Below, in pieces: positions 48,638-61,199 of a DNA stretch of 64,000 nt. The notes under the pieces were generated by a model, which was not told the origin of the DNA, did no database searches, and worked only from the letters and a program-made list of their open reading frames with translations. The stretch comes from Flectonema sp. DT1601 (Eukaryota). Made by a program: the position numbers and the translations under genes. Every line of letters begins with the position of its first letter. The first letter of the stretch is position 1. The stretch spans positions 1,178,001 through 1,242,000 of the forward strand of contig OZ025790.1 in NCBI GenBank assembly GCA_964019425.1, in the 5' to 3' direction.

Positions 48638-51600
48638 ATGCTGCTGTTGATGTGGCTGCTCGCTGCGGGGTCGGCGCCTTTCACGTCACCAAAATCTCCT
48701 CCGATCCCTATCCAAATAACCGTACCTACAGAGCAATATTGTTCATCTTCAGTGGTTCCTGTTGTTGGAGATCCTGGATGGGTAGGTAGCGGTAATGAAA
48801 TAAACATTGTGGAGAATGGAACAGAATTTATAGTTAACTCCCCAAGAGTGCAACAATTATATATTAAATCGAATACTCAACCAGAGAGATTGATAAGAGA
48901 CTCAAGATACACTTTAACATTCACTATAGAAGTTAGCATTGCATCGGAATACGTAACATCACCGAAGTTGTTAGTTTGGAGGAATACACCAGCAGCAAGA
49001 GAACTGTTCGAAAGCTCGAATGCACCAACAGGAAATATTTCATCTGATTTGTCGGAACCTGAAATTAATATGAACGGACAACAAGATGTATTATCTGGAG
49101 GGATTCCCGCTACTTATTCTGTTCAATTTACTGCGACGGAATTGCTTGAGTCAGCTGAGCAATCGCTGTGGGTGTTTGTTTCGTTTATAACTTATCTCCC
49201 AACTGGTTTTAGGATAAAAATTTCTGACTGGTGTGTTACTAAGAACGGTTTAGTTCGAAACCCTCCCGAAGCACTTCCTTATTACAGCGAAGTGTTCGAA
49301 ATTTTGAATCCACCTAGACCTGAGGAGAAAAGTATGACTGAACAGATAAACTGTCCATTTAATGAGGAAGGAATCGATTCGTGGAGTACTCTTGAAGTAA
49401 CTGAGGAGCAGTTGGTTGTAAGACTTCCTGAAAATAAGCGAATCTTATTAAAGAAGGATGACGTACCTCCAGAAAAACGATTTGAACTAATTCAAGTCCC
49501 AGACACCTCTCAACTGATTTTCGCAGACGAGGAAATCACAATTACAGTCAGAGCTCTTTTAATTTATGGCAGGCTTCGTATTGGTGGTCCAGGATGTAGA
49601 TTACAGGGACCAATTAAAATAATATTTTGGGGAAAGCGAACTGATCCGGAATCGAACTTAGCCGGTTTTGGATCCAAAGGAATGGCAGCATTGGGTGTCT
49701 CAGCTCACGTTGATATGTATGGAAGACGATATTATCCTACCTGGACTCGTCTAGCAAGGATGGTAAGATCTGGTGATGACAGAGCTTACTTACAGAAACC
49801 AGTAAATTGGCATGTCGGACATGAAGTTGTTTTGACCACTACAGTATGGGATGACACAGATCAGGTACATCCACAACAAAATGAAGTTCATGTTATTAAA
49901 GCTGTAGGATCAGGTGGAACAGTTATTCAATTTGAAAAACCTGTGATGTACTCACACTATGCTGGAACTGAATATCAAGGTGAGATTGCTTTGTTAACCA
50001 GATCTGTTTCAATGGAAGGTGAACCCAGTCTTGATGGATTTGGGGGTCACAGCGTCGTATCTGGTGTACGAGGACGTTTTGCTGGAGTCGGAACAAGATA
50101 CATGGGACAGACAAATGTACTTGCGAAGTATCCATTTCATTTTCACCTGATTGGAAAGGATTCAGGTTCTTTAATATCTGATTGTGTTGCCAGAGATACG
50201 TACTTTAGATGTTACACAATTCATGGTACTAGTGGAGCTCTTGTTAACGAAAATATTGCATTTAATGTAACCGGAAACTGCATCTACATTGAGGACGGGG
50301 TAGAAGAAGACAACGTTTTCTCATACAACTTAGTCAGCTTTGTAAAACCAATTGGTGCTATTGCTCTTGAGTACGGTCAAGATTTTGTGATAGAATTGTC
50401 AGCATCTGGATTGGATAGTGAGGACAGAGTATTTCCTGCTGACGCGTCAGCATCCTGTTTCTACGTATCAAATGCTTACAATGAATTCATCGGAAATGTT
50501 GCTTCTGGTGGTTGGGTCGGTTACTCATTTCCATCACTCCCAACTTCTGTTGGGATCTATCAGAATGAGAGGCTAGTACAACCTCGATCTAGACCTGTAA
50601 AAAAGTTTTCAGGAAATACTTGCCATTCATCTTCATCATACGGCTCATCAATGGGTTGTATTTACGTCGGAAGTCTGCTTCACTATCAGGCAGATTCAAA
50701 ATTGCATTACACTTTCGAAAAGGTGTCTCGCTCGACTGTTTTAGAACCGGGGTTCTCATCTACTTCTCAGACTCCGGAGTTTATGAAATTTAACAACACG
50801 TTGATCTACGCAAACAGTCGAGGAGTCCTTCATTGGGGTACTAGAGTTGAGGTCACTGGATTTGAATTTCACGATGTTACCAACAGTCTGACTGTTTTAG
50901 GTGAGGCATGGGTCAATAATGGAATTATAAACAGCTACTCAAGTAATGTTGATGCTATGTTTAAGGATTATCATAGAGAAGGATTTCGGATGTACAATGA
51001 TTCATCTGCGAGGATTATTATTAGCAACGTTGAATTTCGTAATTACAACTCTCGTGTTTGCAAGTCAGATTCTCTTCCTCAGACTCCAGGTTCAACTTTT
51101 CAAGAATCAGCTTGCACACCAACAGGTAACATTTCATTAAATTTTAATGCTGTTTGGTTGTCTTCATTCACATCCGATGCCAAACCGTCCCATAATGCCG
51201 CAGCCATGAATATCTCATTCTCTGACATAGATTACGAAAGTCTGATTTCGTTTAAAATCGCGAATACTGGTATGTTGTCATAACCTCTCCCTTCTAATTT
51301 CCATTCACAGAAGACAATAATAAATAAAAACACTCAGGTACTTCAAGAATGTTTAATATGGTTGACTACGATGGGTCAGCTACACTAGAAGGACGACCTA
51401 CGATTGTGGGTTCGAACTTAGAGTGGTGGAATATTTGCAGTGATTGCAGATTTGAACCTAGTTGGTCAGTCTGGCTTTGCCCTAAGAAACCAGCTGCAGA
51501 GGGGGAGACCGTTTTTGAGGAGCGAGAAGTAATATATGCCAACATCCAAACACCTGATATTTCTGAAACAAACGGAGGTCTCAACGGAGAATGCAAAGGC

Positions 51601-52302
51601 ACTGATGGAGACTACAGTAACTGTGATGTTGGTACCGTAACACTTTGGGGTAATGATCCAAACAGAAGTATGAGAATATCATCAAATCCTGGTTTAACTG
51701 GAATTTCAGGTAGTGGTTGGCATCTTCAACTAGATGCTGGTGCTGCAAAGTACCTAACAATCCAACCTGCTCAGGTTCCAACAGGTGTTTCTTTCAGACT
51801 ATCGGTAGCATACCCTGTCGGTACTACTTTTACGATTACTGGTTCTCATTCAGATATCAGTGACGTGGTATTCACAGAGTCAAGTTCTCTTGAGCAGTTT
51901 CTTCAGGATCGTGTTGGTAGTAGTTATTTCTTTGATGGTAATTTATTATTCTTATCGCCTTCATTGCCGAGTAGTTTACGTACCGTGGGATTCAATCGTT
52001 CTGGTACCGTTATTGAAGCGATGCAGATGGGTTATGTAATTCATGTGCGAGCTTCTTGTAATTCCAATTCTCAAGGGTTTTGTGATTCGACACCAAGAAA
52101 TGTCATTCCGACATGGAATGTGTCTTGTCCAGTGAAACCTGTCTCAACTGGTCCTGTTGTTATTCCTTCTTCTTCACCAAGCCCTCCAGCAACTTCAACA
52201 CCAACAGTTGGGATTGCTGATAATTATAATAAAGGGGACGCATCATCCCCAACAATCACAATGTTCATGTTGATATCGCTAGTCTCTTGGGTGGTGTTGT
52301 GA
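48638..52302 (+). CDS. G8-domain / beta-helix cell-surface protein (TMEM2/CEMIP/PKHD1L1-like); 2 exons (48638-51269, 51338-52302)
   Basis: Signal peptide; LIYGRLRIG..C, PTWTRLA, GQTNVLAKYPFHFH, RCYTIHGT, CIYIEDGVEEDN; S/T/P stalk and hydrophobic C-terminus (GPI-like); intron 51270-51337. Confidence 0.88.
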
Positions 52303-53091
52303 TTCCTGTCTAACTAATTTCTACTCGGGGTAAGCCGAGAGCAGGGTCTGCGGAAGGACCCGCTCTTAAGACTCGCTCTCTCCAGTTCGATGCCTGGCAA
52401 TCGTGTGTTAATTGCCGGATGTGTACAGTAGTGCATTATTTTCCGTTCTTTTTTTCTCTTTTTTTTCTTTTCTTTTCGCCTTCTGCGATGTTCTCAATGA
52501 ACTAATAATACAATGCTGACAGTTTATATTTAATTTTTTTTTTTTGGCTTTCTGAAATAAAGAAAACACACACAGGTTCTGCAACGTGTAACATCGACAC
52601 TGCATTACTGGCTATATATTTGTGTTATTATTTTTTAGTAGACTCACTCAAGCAGTTGTATGATTTCTGCATCACATGTTTTTTTTCTTCTTTTGTATGT
52701 ATGTCAGGGTTGGCGCATGAATACAAGTTATTCTTCACCTTGACAGAATTACTCATGCGGTACGTTTATTATATTCCTCAATTTTTTTTTTATACATAAA
52801 TTCTTTCAGTAATTTGTCTCAAATTAATTTCCTTTTTTCCTTTTTTTTTTTTTTTTTTCCATTTGCGTGACTACGGCTGTATAAACAAACCCACACACAT
52901 CGTTATTTACTTTTATGAGAATCGTTTAGGTAAAACAGACGACTGTTTACGTCGGGTTTATATTAATATGTTCATAGAGTTGTGTGAGTGAAATGCAAAC
53001 CGGTAGGCTTCGGTTATCACATCACTGTTATTTATTAGGAAAATCTTTTCGTTGTTTCAGGGAATACAGCTGTGTTTTTTTCGGTTGTTTG

Positions 53092-53133
<42 letters not shown>

Positions 53134-55489
53134 ATATTATCCGAACAACCTTTCATGGTGTAGTCATAATAAGGCCGATTTCTCTCTTATTTCTTTTTTT
53201 TGTTTCCCCCCCTCTTCTTGAAATTGTTTTTTTATTTTTTTATAATTTTTTTTTTTTGCAAACTTGTATAACGTACGGCTCAATTCAGATTATCATCACG
53301 TCTAATTGCCTCAGACGCCATTTAGTAGTCCGGCGCAGTTATGACCATAAACTGACTGTCATCTTACCTGATCCTTTTGTTTTCGTTTCTTACTAGTCAT
53401 AAGGCTGTGCTGCTCACTTGTTGTGGTCCTTTTATAAAGCTTTCGGTAGGGTGAACGATCCTCGGTACTATTCTGGGGTATTTTCTATTTTTCGTGGCGT
53501 GTGGGCATATGGCACATATATGGTCGTATTATAAAGAAAGATGCTGTACATGGAATATATATATTTTTTTTTTCACCTTCCCCCCGATCATTTCTCGTTG
53601 TATTTTTCTTTAGTTGTTTTCAACCTGGGAGTCGATTACATCCAGCGGAAGCTATAAAACTACATTCTTCGTGATTGGATCTCGCTACCCAGACCCCCCC
53701 TCGTATACCTACACTAACATTACCTTTAGTCAACTGTATCTCAGAACTAATGTTAAATTATCGTTATGTTGTTTATGATACAAAACATTTGTATTTTACG
53801 TACAAACTCGAACAGTTAACCCCCCTCGTAGTCATCAGTTTTTGTATTTTGCTTACTAGTAACCTAGAAAGGTTTTTTAAGTTGTTTGTTGTGTTCTGCT
53901 AATTTTTTTGATTTAATTCTTTTTAAGTGACTGATTCATATTAGTACTGACTGACTTAACTAAAAGGGGTTGAGGGGGGGGAGTGAATTATTTATCCTGC
54001 AAAGGTATGCTCTCTTGGCTACTGGTCACTGTTATTGTTTGTTATATTCTTAGGCAAAGATTATTTTTAAAAAATATATCAGTTGGATATGTGTGATAAA
54101 AAGAATATTGCAGCGAATAAGTGTGTCTTTTATAGTGTGGAAACCTTTCAATGTAATTCTCACTTTATTCAATAAGTTTTTATGAATGGAAGCTACAAAG
54201 TCTCACGGTTGCTGGCAGCGATGTAACTGTTACCCTGTTGAGTTTTTCCCTGATTTTTTGGATTTTTTTCTTAGACTTCGTAAATAAGATAAATAAATAA
54301 AAGTTTTTACAACTGCTTTTTTTTTTTTTTCTTTTTATCTCGAAGACATGTTTTGCGAGCGAAAGAGAATTGTGGCAGCGTAACGTTAAAACCCTTTACT
54401 TTGTAGGCTTGTTTCTGGAGGCGCACAAACAAAAGCAAAGTACGAGAATTATTTAGTGAGGTGCCGTTTTCTTTTTTTCTTTGCCTCTAAGTTTCCGTCA
54501 TCAACTCAAAAAAGTTTCTGATTTGACAAATTATTTTTGTGTATTTTCATTTGTTAAGTTTATTATTTCAGGTTGATTGATGCAATTCTTTTTATCCCTC
54601 TACTCCTTAGTTGGTTTTTGTTTTTTGTTTTTTTGTTCGGACAAGTGCATTTAGAGAGACTGCCTTTTATGTCAGCCAATCGCGCTAGCAGTCGGTGCTC
54701 TTTGTGAAATATTAACACCTTCAGAAAGGTTATTCTTGTTGTTGCCGAAACTCGTGGGTACACCAACTCATATATTCGAACAACACAGACGAAGAAATCA
54801 GAATTCACCGTTTTTTTTAATTAGTTTCTTCCGCAGATATTGAATTACGTCAGAGAAAAGACCCGGTTTTTTTTCTTCTTATTTTTTTTTTCTTCCATTT
54901 TTTTCCATTTCAAATGTCTTTTATTGTGAGCTTGCAGCACTTCTTTGCGCTCAAAAGCAGCGCGCCGTGGCTACTCTCTAACATTCAATTCATTAGCTCT
55001 GTTTTTCGCTTGTGGGTTCGTATAGTTAAACTAAGGCGGATGTTTGCTTATTTTTCTCTTCTTTTCTTTCTTCCATTCCCCTGCATTGTCATCATGCACA
55101 GATATGCAATTTTCATGGGGCTGTTGGTTACCGGTCCTGGTCGTGGCGGGACGGATGCTTTCGAGGAGGGGTGTGTGTTTGTAGCGTGATTTTAGGAGTG
55201 TGGGGAAGTCTTTAGTGACCGGCAGGGGTTACAATAGAGAGACAAAATACTTTTGTGCCTTGCGGGTTTTCAACAAACTACCTCTCCTTTTTTTCTTCTT
55301 CTTTTTTTTCCCATAGCGGAATGGTTAAATTTTCACAGAATGTTTAGTTTTTCACCGTATCAACAAGAACATGCTGTTCTTGTTGTGTTGTGAACTAAGC
55401 CCCTCTTGTTGTTTTAATAGACGCTCTCTGCTTTGTTCATATTATTGATGTAACATTGTCGGAGATGCTGCGCATTGTAAGCAGTTGAG

Positions 55490-55570
55490 ATATTTTAATT
55501 TATTTATGTTCCTACCTCCCCTTCAAGTTGCTTTATATTTAATCACAGTATCAAGTTATCTCCCCCCCTT
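55490..55570 (+). repeat. Short dispersed repeat similar to 33583-33645
   Basis: ACCTCCCC..TTCAAGTTGCTTT..ATTTAAT...ATCAAGTTA..CCCCCC occurs at both loci. Confidence 0.6.
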
Positions 55571-56198
55571 TATTTTTTTGCGACTGGCCGTAAAAACAAG
55601 TAACGTCAGGCGAAACGTAACCCTGTTTTAAACTTTCGCAGTGTAATTCGGTTGTGGTTTTGTGCAATCTCACAGACCTTTTTGTTTTTTTGATTATAAA
55701 GTGTTGGCAACACATTTCCTGTTTTTAGCTTTCGGTGTAGCTCGTTCAATAATGACAATGGTGACAATGTATGAGGAATGTACGAGAAGCATTGCCTTTG
55801 AATCATTGAGCATTGGCTGCTTGCTCCCCAACTCCTTTTCTAATATACGGATGGAATGAAGCCTGTTGGTGTTGTTATGATACGCTGTAGTGGAACCTGT
55901 CCATTCTGCCTTCACTTTTTTTACTTCTCTCACCCCTCTCCCCATTTTGTTTTCCCTTTTTAGGGTTCTTTCCCTTAAGAATTAAAATTTGTTTCTTATT
56001 TGTAATATCTGGTTTCTCTTTTATGGTTCTTTCTGTTCTATCTTTTTTTTTGCCGGGTCTTTGCCCGAATGCTGTGTCTGCTGTCAAACATGGACGGTCA
56101 GTCGCGGACTATTCTGTTTCTCTTTTTTTTTTTTTTTTCTTTCCTCAGTTCTGGTATTGTTTCGGGATATTTTATGGCTGAAGACGTCATTTTCAAGG

Positions 56199-56343
56199 GA
56201 GGGACTTGGGTAAATAATTCAAGGTTAACACGCAACCATTAGACATGAATCATGAATTCCGCCCACACAAAACCGCATGCTTCAAATAAACTACCAGAGA
56301 AGGAAATGCTGTCAAGTCAAATTGACCCGGGGACCACGCGCAC
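56199..56343 (-). repeat. Inverted copy of the sequence upstream of the LRR gene (33690-33830)
   Basis: Direct reverse-complement match in two blocks. Confidence 0.8.
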
Positions 56344-56934
56344 CCTTGCCCTGCATAGGGTGCAATGGCCCTTGGGGAGGATTCTTACTTTCCCCCCCCT
56401 TCACAATCTGTATTTCTTCTTTTACTACCAATACGCAAATCAAAATGTAACAAAAATAGTAAATTAAAAGAACGGCCACGGATTGAACCAGTGACGACAA
56501 TAGATAGTGAACCTGTATTGGATCCTTACTTTTTTTTTTTTTTTTTTTTCTTGTTGAGTGTTTCTCCCTCTTTTTTGTTAATACTATAATTGCTTAGGCG
56601 CTGCCCACGGAAACTGATTGCGCTGTGAGGTGCGGTGCGTACAGAGGGTTTGAATCACCCCATCTACTGCGCTAAGATGCCCTTACTGAAAAAAAAAAGT
56701 ATTAGGGGGGGGACTTACTTACATATTCCTAGGCAGCAGTGCCCTCTATGGCCACCGCATTGCTGCCTGGATGAACAATGCCTCGATGGCAAATCTTCGC
56801 CTTATTAGTGCTGGAGATCGATACAGTGGTTCTTCTCAGTTACTCTCCGTGATAAACCAGCCTTCTGTGAGGGAGTTTGTCAAGAATTCCCGACAAAACG
56901 GTATTTCAATAGTGGAACAAAGTGAGGGAGAAGG

Positions 56935-56965
<31 letters not shown>

Positions 56966-57404
56966 AACTATTCGGATTAGCCAATGATTTCGATATAACT
57001 CGAACAGAATGCTGTCTCACTGGAGACAAGTCATGGCCATAAGAAATATCGGCTTTGATTCTGAATAGTTTCTGCTCCGACCACGTCGTACAAAAAAAAA
57101 AAAAAAAAAAAAAACTTTCTGCGCGTGTGTACCTGTTGCATGGCTGACTTTTAAGCAGCAGTAGAAAGTGACGCGTGCTCACCCACAAAGTATTGTGAAG
57201 ATATATGTATAAGTATGTGAAGATATAGAGTGATATACTTTTTTTTTTTAAAAAAAATATTAAATAATATCAATTTGGTTTATTTTAACAGGACTCACAC
57301 AATAAGAAATCGTCATTCATACGTAAAAGTGTCCAGTAGTAAATAGTCGAAAGTAAATATTATTTTTTTCTTTGCAGTACCTCTCTCACTCCCCCTCTAC
57401 GAAG

Positions 57405-58967
57405 ATGAATACTAGAGGAATTATTACGATCACATCCCTGTTTCTCATGGTGATGTTGTTATGGTTGGGTTCTGGTACGCAAAATCCAAAATGCGCTGCG
57501 AAATCAGAGTGTCCTGTGTGCCCAGCAACCCCAGCTGTTTCAGCAGCTGTTGTATCGCAACCGCAGCCGGTTGCGGCATCAACAACTCGTGAAGTTTATT
57601 CTCCTCAAGAGACATTTTATACTCCCTATGAGCTATACGTACTTCCAGAGGATAGAGCAAGTGCCATGGTCGCTGAATCTGACATATCAGGTCGTACTCT
57701 GTGGTGGTCTCTTGACGCTATTCATTCAATGAGACCACTCGTTTTCAATGCAGACAAAACTGTTCATGACCAAACAGGATGGTATCAAGGAGATAATGCC
57801 TTAAAGACTTGGTCAGTTGAGAATAATAAAATCATGATTGCAAAGCAGAATGGTAAATTCCTTACCTTAAAAAAGGTCAATCCCGTAGCACCAGATCAGT
57901 CAGACCTTATTCTTGTTCAGGATGTCAATCCTAACTTTGAGATTGGAACAGGAAAGTATGCTCCAGAAGTTGGAAGATCTCCACATCCTCTTTGTAAGTC
58001 GGGATGGGTTCATGGATCTGGTAACAGTTGTTATAGACTTGTTAAACGTGGTCCAGATTTTTGTAAAAAACTAGACCAGTCATCAACATCTACCGTTGAG
58101 TTAAAAACTGACATCACAATAATCCAAAACATCCTTCGCAGACAACGTCGAATGTTCGCCGTAGCAGCTGACACAAACCAAAAAATATCCGTTGATAAAT
58201 CTGACTTTGAGACGTACTCACCTTCAGATGAAATCCCTACTTATGTCTGCAGTATAAAGAAACATACCGACCGTAGTCTACCCAGTGATATTGACAGTAA
58301 GAGGCAAGCATACTCACAGGCTCTACCTGTCGGTGCCCATGAAATCTTCCCACATGCGCTGCTCAATACAAGAGAAGGCCTCGGTGATCTTTTGGAAATT
58401 GAGGATTTCAAAACAGCGATTGAGATTGGAGTTCAAAGCGGTGCATTTTCTGACAAAATATTAAGATCTTGGAAATCAGTTGAGAAGTACCATTTAGTTG
58501 ACCCTTGGGAGACACAACGCAATTACGAAGACGTCGCTAACGTTGGTCAGTCAGAACAGGATAAGTTGATGAACTATGTTAGAGATCGATTCTCTATTTA
58601 TGAGGGAAGAGTTATTCAAATTAGAAAGTATTCTCAAGATGCTGTTTCTATGTTTGAAAATGGATCGATTGATTTTATTTTCGTTGATGCTCGACACGAC
58701 TACAGCGCTGTCTTAGAAGACATCACTCTGTACTGGCCAAAGTGTCGTAAGGGAGGTATTATGGCGGGTCATGATTATTTATATGCTGCTGAAGCAGCTA
58801 AAACAAACCAGAAATGGCAAATTCAAGGAGACGGTTCGTCACACATTGGAGGTCCTCGTATGGCTGCTGAACACTTTGCGTCATCAGTTGGAAGAGAGCT
58901 GACGATTACTAGAGAGATGCCGACGTGGAATGGTGTAGCCTTTAGATCGTGGTTAATAAGATGTTAA
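57405..58967 (+). CDS. Type II membrane class I SAM-dependent methyltransferase (Methyltransf_24-like)
   Basis: N-terminal TM; AIEIGVQSG, LVDPW, IDFIFVDARHDY, GGIMAGHDY; first ATG at 57405, after the acceptor at 57377. Confidence 0.88.
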   Translation: MNTRGIITITSLFLMVMLLWLGSGTQNPKCAAKSECPVCPATPAVSAAVVSQPQPVAASTTREVYSPQETFYTPYELYVLPEDRASAMVAESDISGRTLWWSLDAIHSMRPLVFNADKTVHDQTGWYQGDNALKTWSVENNKIMIAKQNGKFLTLKKVNPVAPDQSDLILVQDVNPNFEIGTGKYAPEVGRSPHPLCKSGWVHGSGNSCYRLVKRGPDFCKKLDQSSTSTVELKTDITIIQNILRRQRRMFAVAADTNQKISVDKSDFETYSPSDEIPTYVCSIKKHTDRSLPSDIDSKRQAYSQALPVGAHEIFPHALLNTREGLGDLLEIEDFKTAIEIGVQSGAFSDKILRSWKSVEKYHLVDPWETQRNYEDVANVGQSEQDKLMNYVRDRFSIYEGRVIQIRKYSQDAVSMFENGSIDFIFVDARHDYSAVLEDITLYWPKCRKGGIMAGHDYLYAAEAAKTNQKWQIQGDGSSHIGGPRMAAEHFASSVGRELTITREMPTWNGVAFRSWLIRC

Positions 58968-59266
58968 GAAATTATTTTGAATGGGTGAAAGCATTAGGTG
59001 CAGACACGGAACATTGGTGAATCTCGGTTTCCCTTTTTTTTTTATCCCCCCTCCCATGAATTTTTTTACCTATGAAAAACAACTTTAAGTGGTTGGTGGA
59101 ATATTGAAGGCACACCTGATCCTCTCGGTCGCACCAAATTACTCAGAGTGTTCTCACAGTATTTAGCCGTCTAGGTTAGTTGACTCCTTTATTGGTGTCT
59201 AAGGCCATTCCTTGACGACCCAGTGAGACTATCATGTTATTTTTTTTTTCACGATTTGTGTTGGTA

Positions 59267-59297
<31 letters not shown>

Positions 59298-61199
59298 GGG
59301 GAAGGTTTTCATTTCTTTTTATTAAAAAAAAAAAAAAGGCAAAACCCTAATCCGAACACGAAAGTTTCCGAAACCGCCAACTCTATACAAAATATTTTTT
59401 TGTCACGGGAGAAACAATCCCTCAATGAAAGAATTATAAAATGTATTTCTTGTTGCTATAAATAAATAAATAAATAAAAATAAATAAATGAGTGACTAAC
59501 TGTACTTAATAACTTGAAGAACTTGTTGATAACTTGAATACGAGGTTTTGTGCCGTCAGGTACGTACTGTTGCTGTGGCTAAGGTTATCATCACAAAGGC
59601 GGTGGAGTTACAATCCTGCGCCCCGATGGATGGCTCTTTGGCACACGAAGATTGATTTTCCGATCATAAACAACAAGCCCTCCTTTGAATCACACCACTT
59701 TGGGCCAATTAAGCGTCTGACCAACGTTCCAGAGTGCTGCCCCATATATCCCCTCTATCTCTTCCGTCCGGCTTCATCCCTGGAAGTCATTTTTGCATAC
59801 AACGATTGATGCATCTTCGTTTGGGCCACCACATTGTCAACGAGGTGCTTCAGTGGGTGCTTGTACAGCTGTTGCCAATGTAAGGGCAGTTGGTGCCACT
59901 GTAACACCCACTTCCATAGAGACCACCTTAACGACGTGCGGGTGGTTTGAGGCGATGATGTTGATAGTACTAAACATTGGTAGGCGGTCAAGAGACACGT
60001 GGTTCAAGAACGTCCAAAATAATGTGAGAAAAACTCTTTGTGAACTTGTTACGCGTCCCAAAGGTGTCCCCATCAGAAGCAGGCATGTTTGTTTAGAAAA
60101 AAATTGTGAGGAGATTTAAAATTACTCAACGCATTTTTCAGGGGAAAAAAAAAGTCTGCCTTAAATTCGGCAAGTTCGATTCCGGGTGGCGGATTTTTTA
60201 ACCACAGGCCACAAGGCACTTTTTTTGTATAGAGTTGACGGTTTCGGAAACTTTTGTGTCTGGATTAGAGGTTTTCCCAAAAAAAAAAGAAAAAGAAAAA
60301 GAAAAAAATTCCAAAAAAAAAAAAAAAACGAAATTTTGTTTTCTTACCTTTCCTTTTCGTTTTCACCTTCTTTTTGTACCAATTCCACCCTAGGCTTGGA
60401 TTACAGAAAGCAAGGGGGAAAAAAGAATCGGCACCTCACTAAATAACTCTCACACTTTGCTTTGTTTGTGCGAAACCGGAAACAAGCCTATAAAGTAAGG
60501 GTGTTAACATTACGCTGCCACAATTCTCTTTCGCTCGTAAAACATGTCTTCGAGATGAAAAAAAAAAAAAAAAAAAAAAAAAGTTGCAACACATTGCTTT
60601 TTGCTTATCAGTTCTAACTATTTAAAATAAAAAAAACCGGCTTACACTTTGCAAGATTTCTTTGCAACATTTGACCAGTTTGAAAAAAAATTAAAAAAAA
60701 AAAGGAATGGGAAGTTATTAGAATAAATATAAAAACAATAGCCACAATCTTGTCGGATGCTCCCTACGACTTTATTTTTCGTTTTATTGTCACGACTGGA
60801 GCTTGTATGCAGATTGAAAAGCCGATATTTCCTTTTTTTGGGAATGCTTATCTCCCTTGTGCGACAGGATTCTGTCTGCGCCTTAGCGAAATGAAAGGCT
60901 AATCTGAATGATTTATTGTGTTGCGCGAAACCCACCCAACACGCTGGGCTGTTTTGAAAATTTGCTCCTTGTCTTCTCGTGTAATTGGATGATGTATTGG
61001 AACAAATGCTTTGATGAAAAAAGTCTGGTGATTGTTTTTTTTTCTTTGGTTTTTTCACAAAAACATCTGAAGCAGCAATAATAATAACATGGATTGTAGG
61101 TTGGGTGTGCTTCCTTTATCAAAGGCGTCGGCTCCATTTTTTTTTTTTTTTTTTCTCTCTTTTTTTTTAAATCGTCTTTCAGCCTAAGGTTCAACAACA

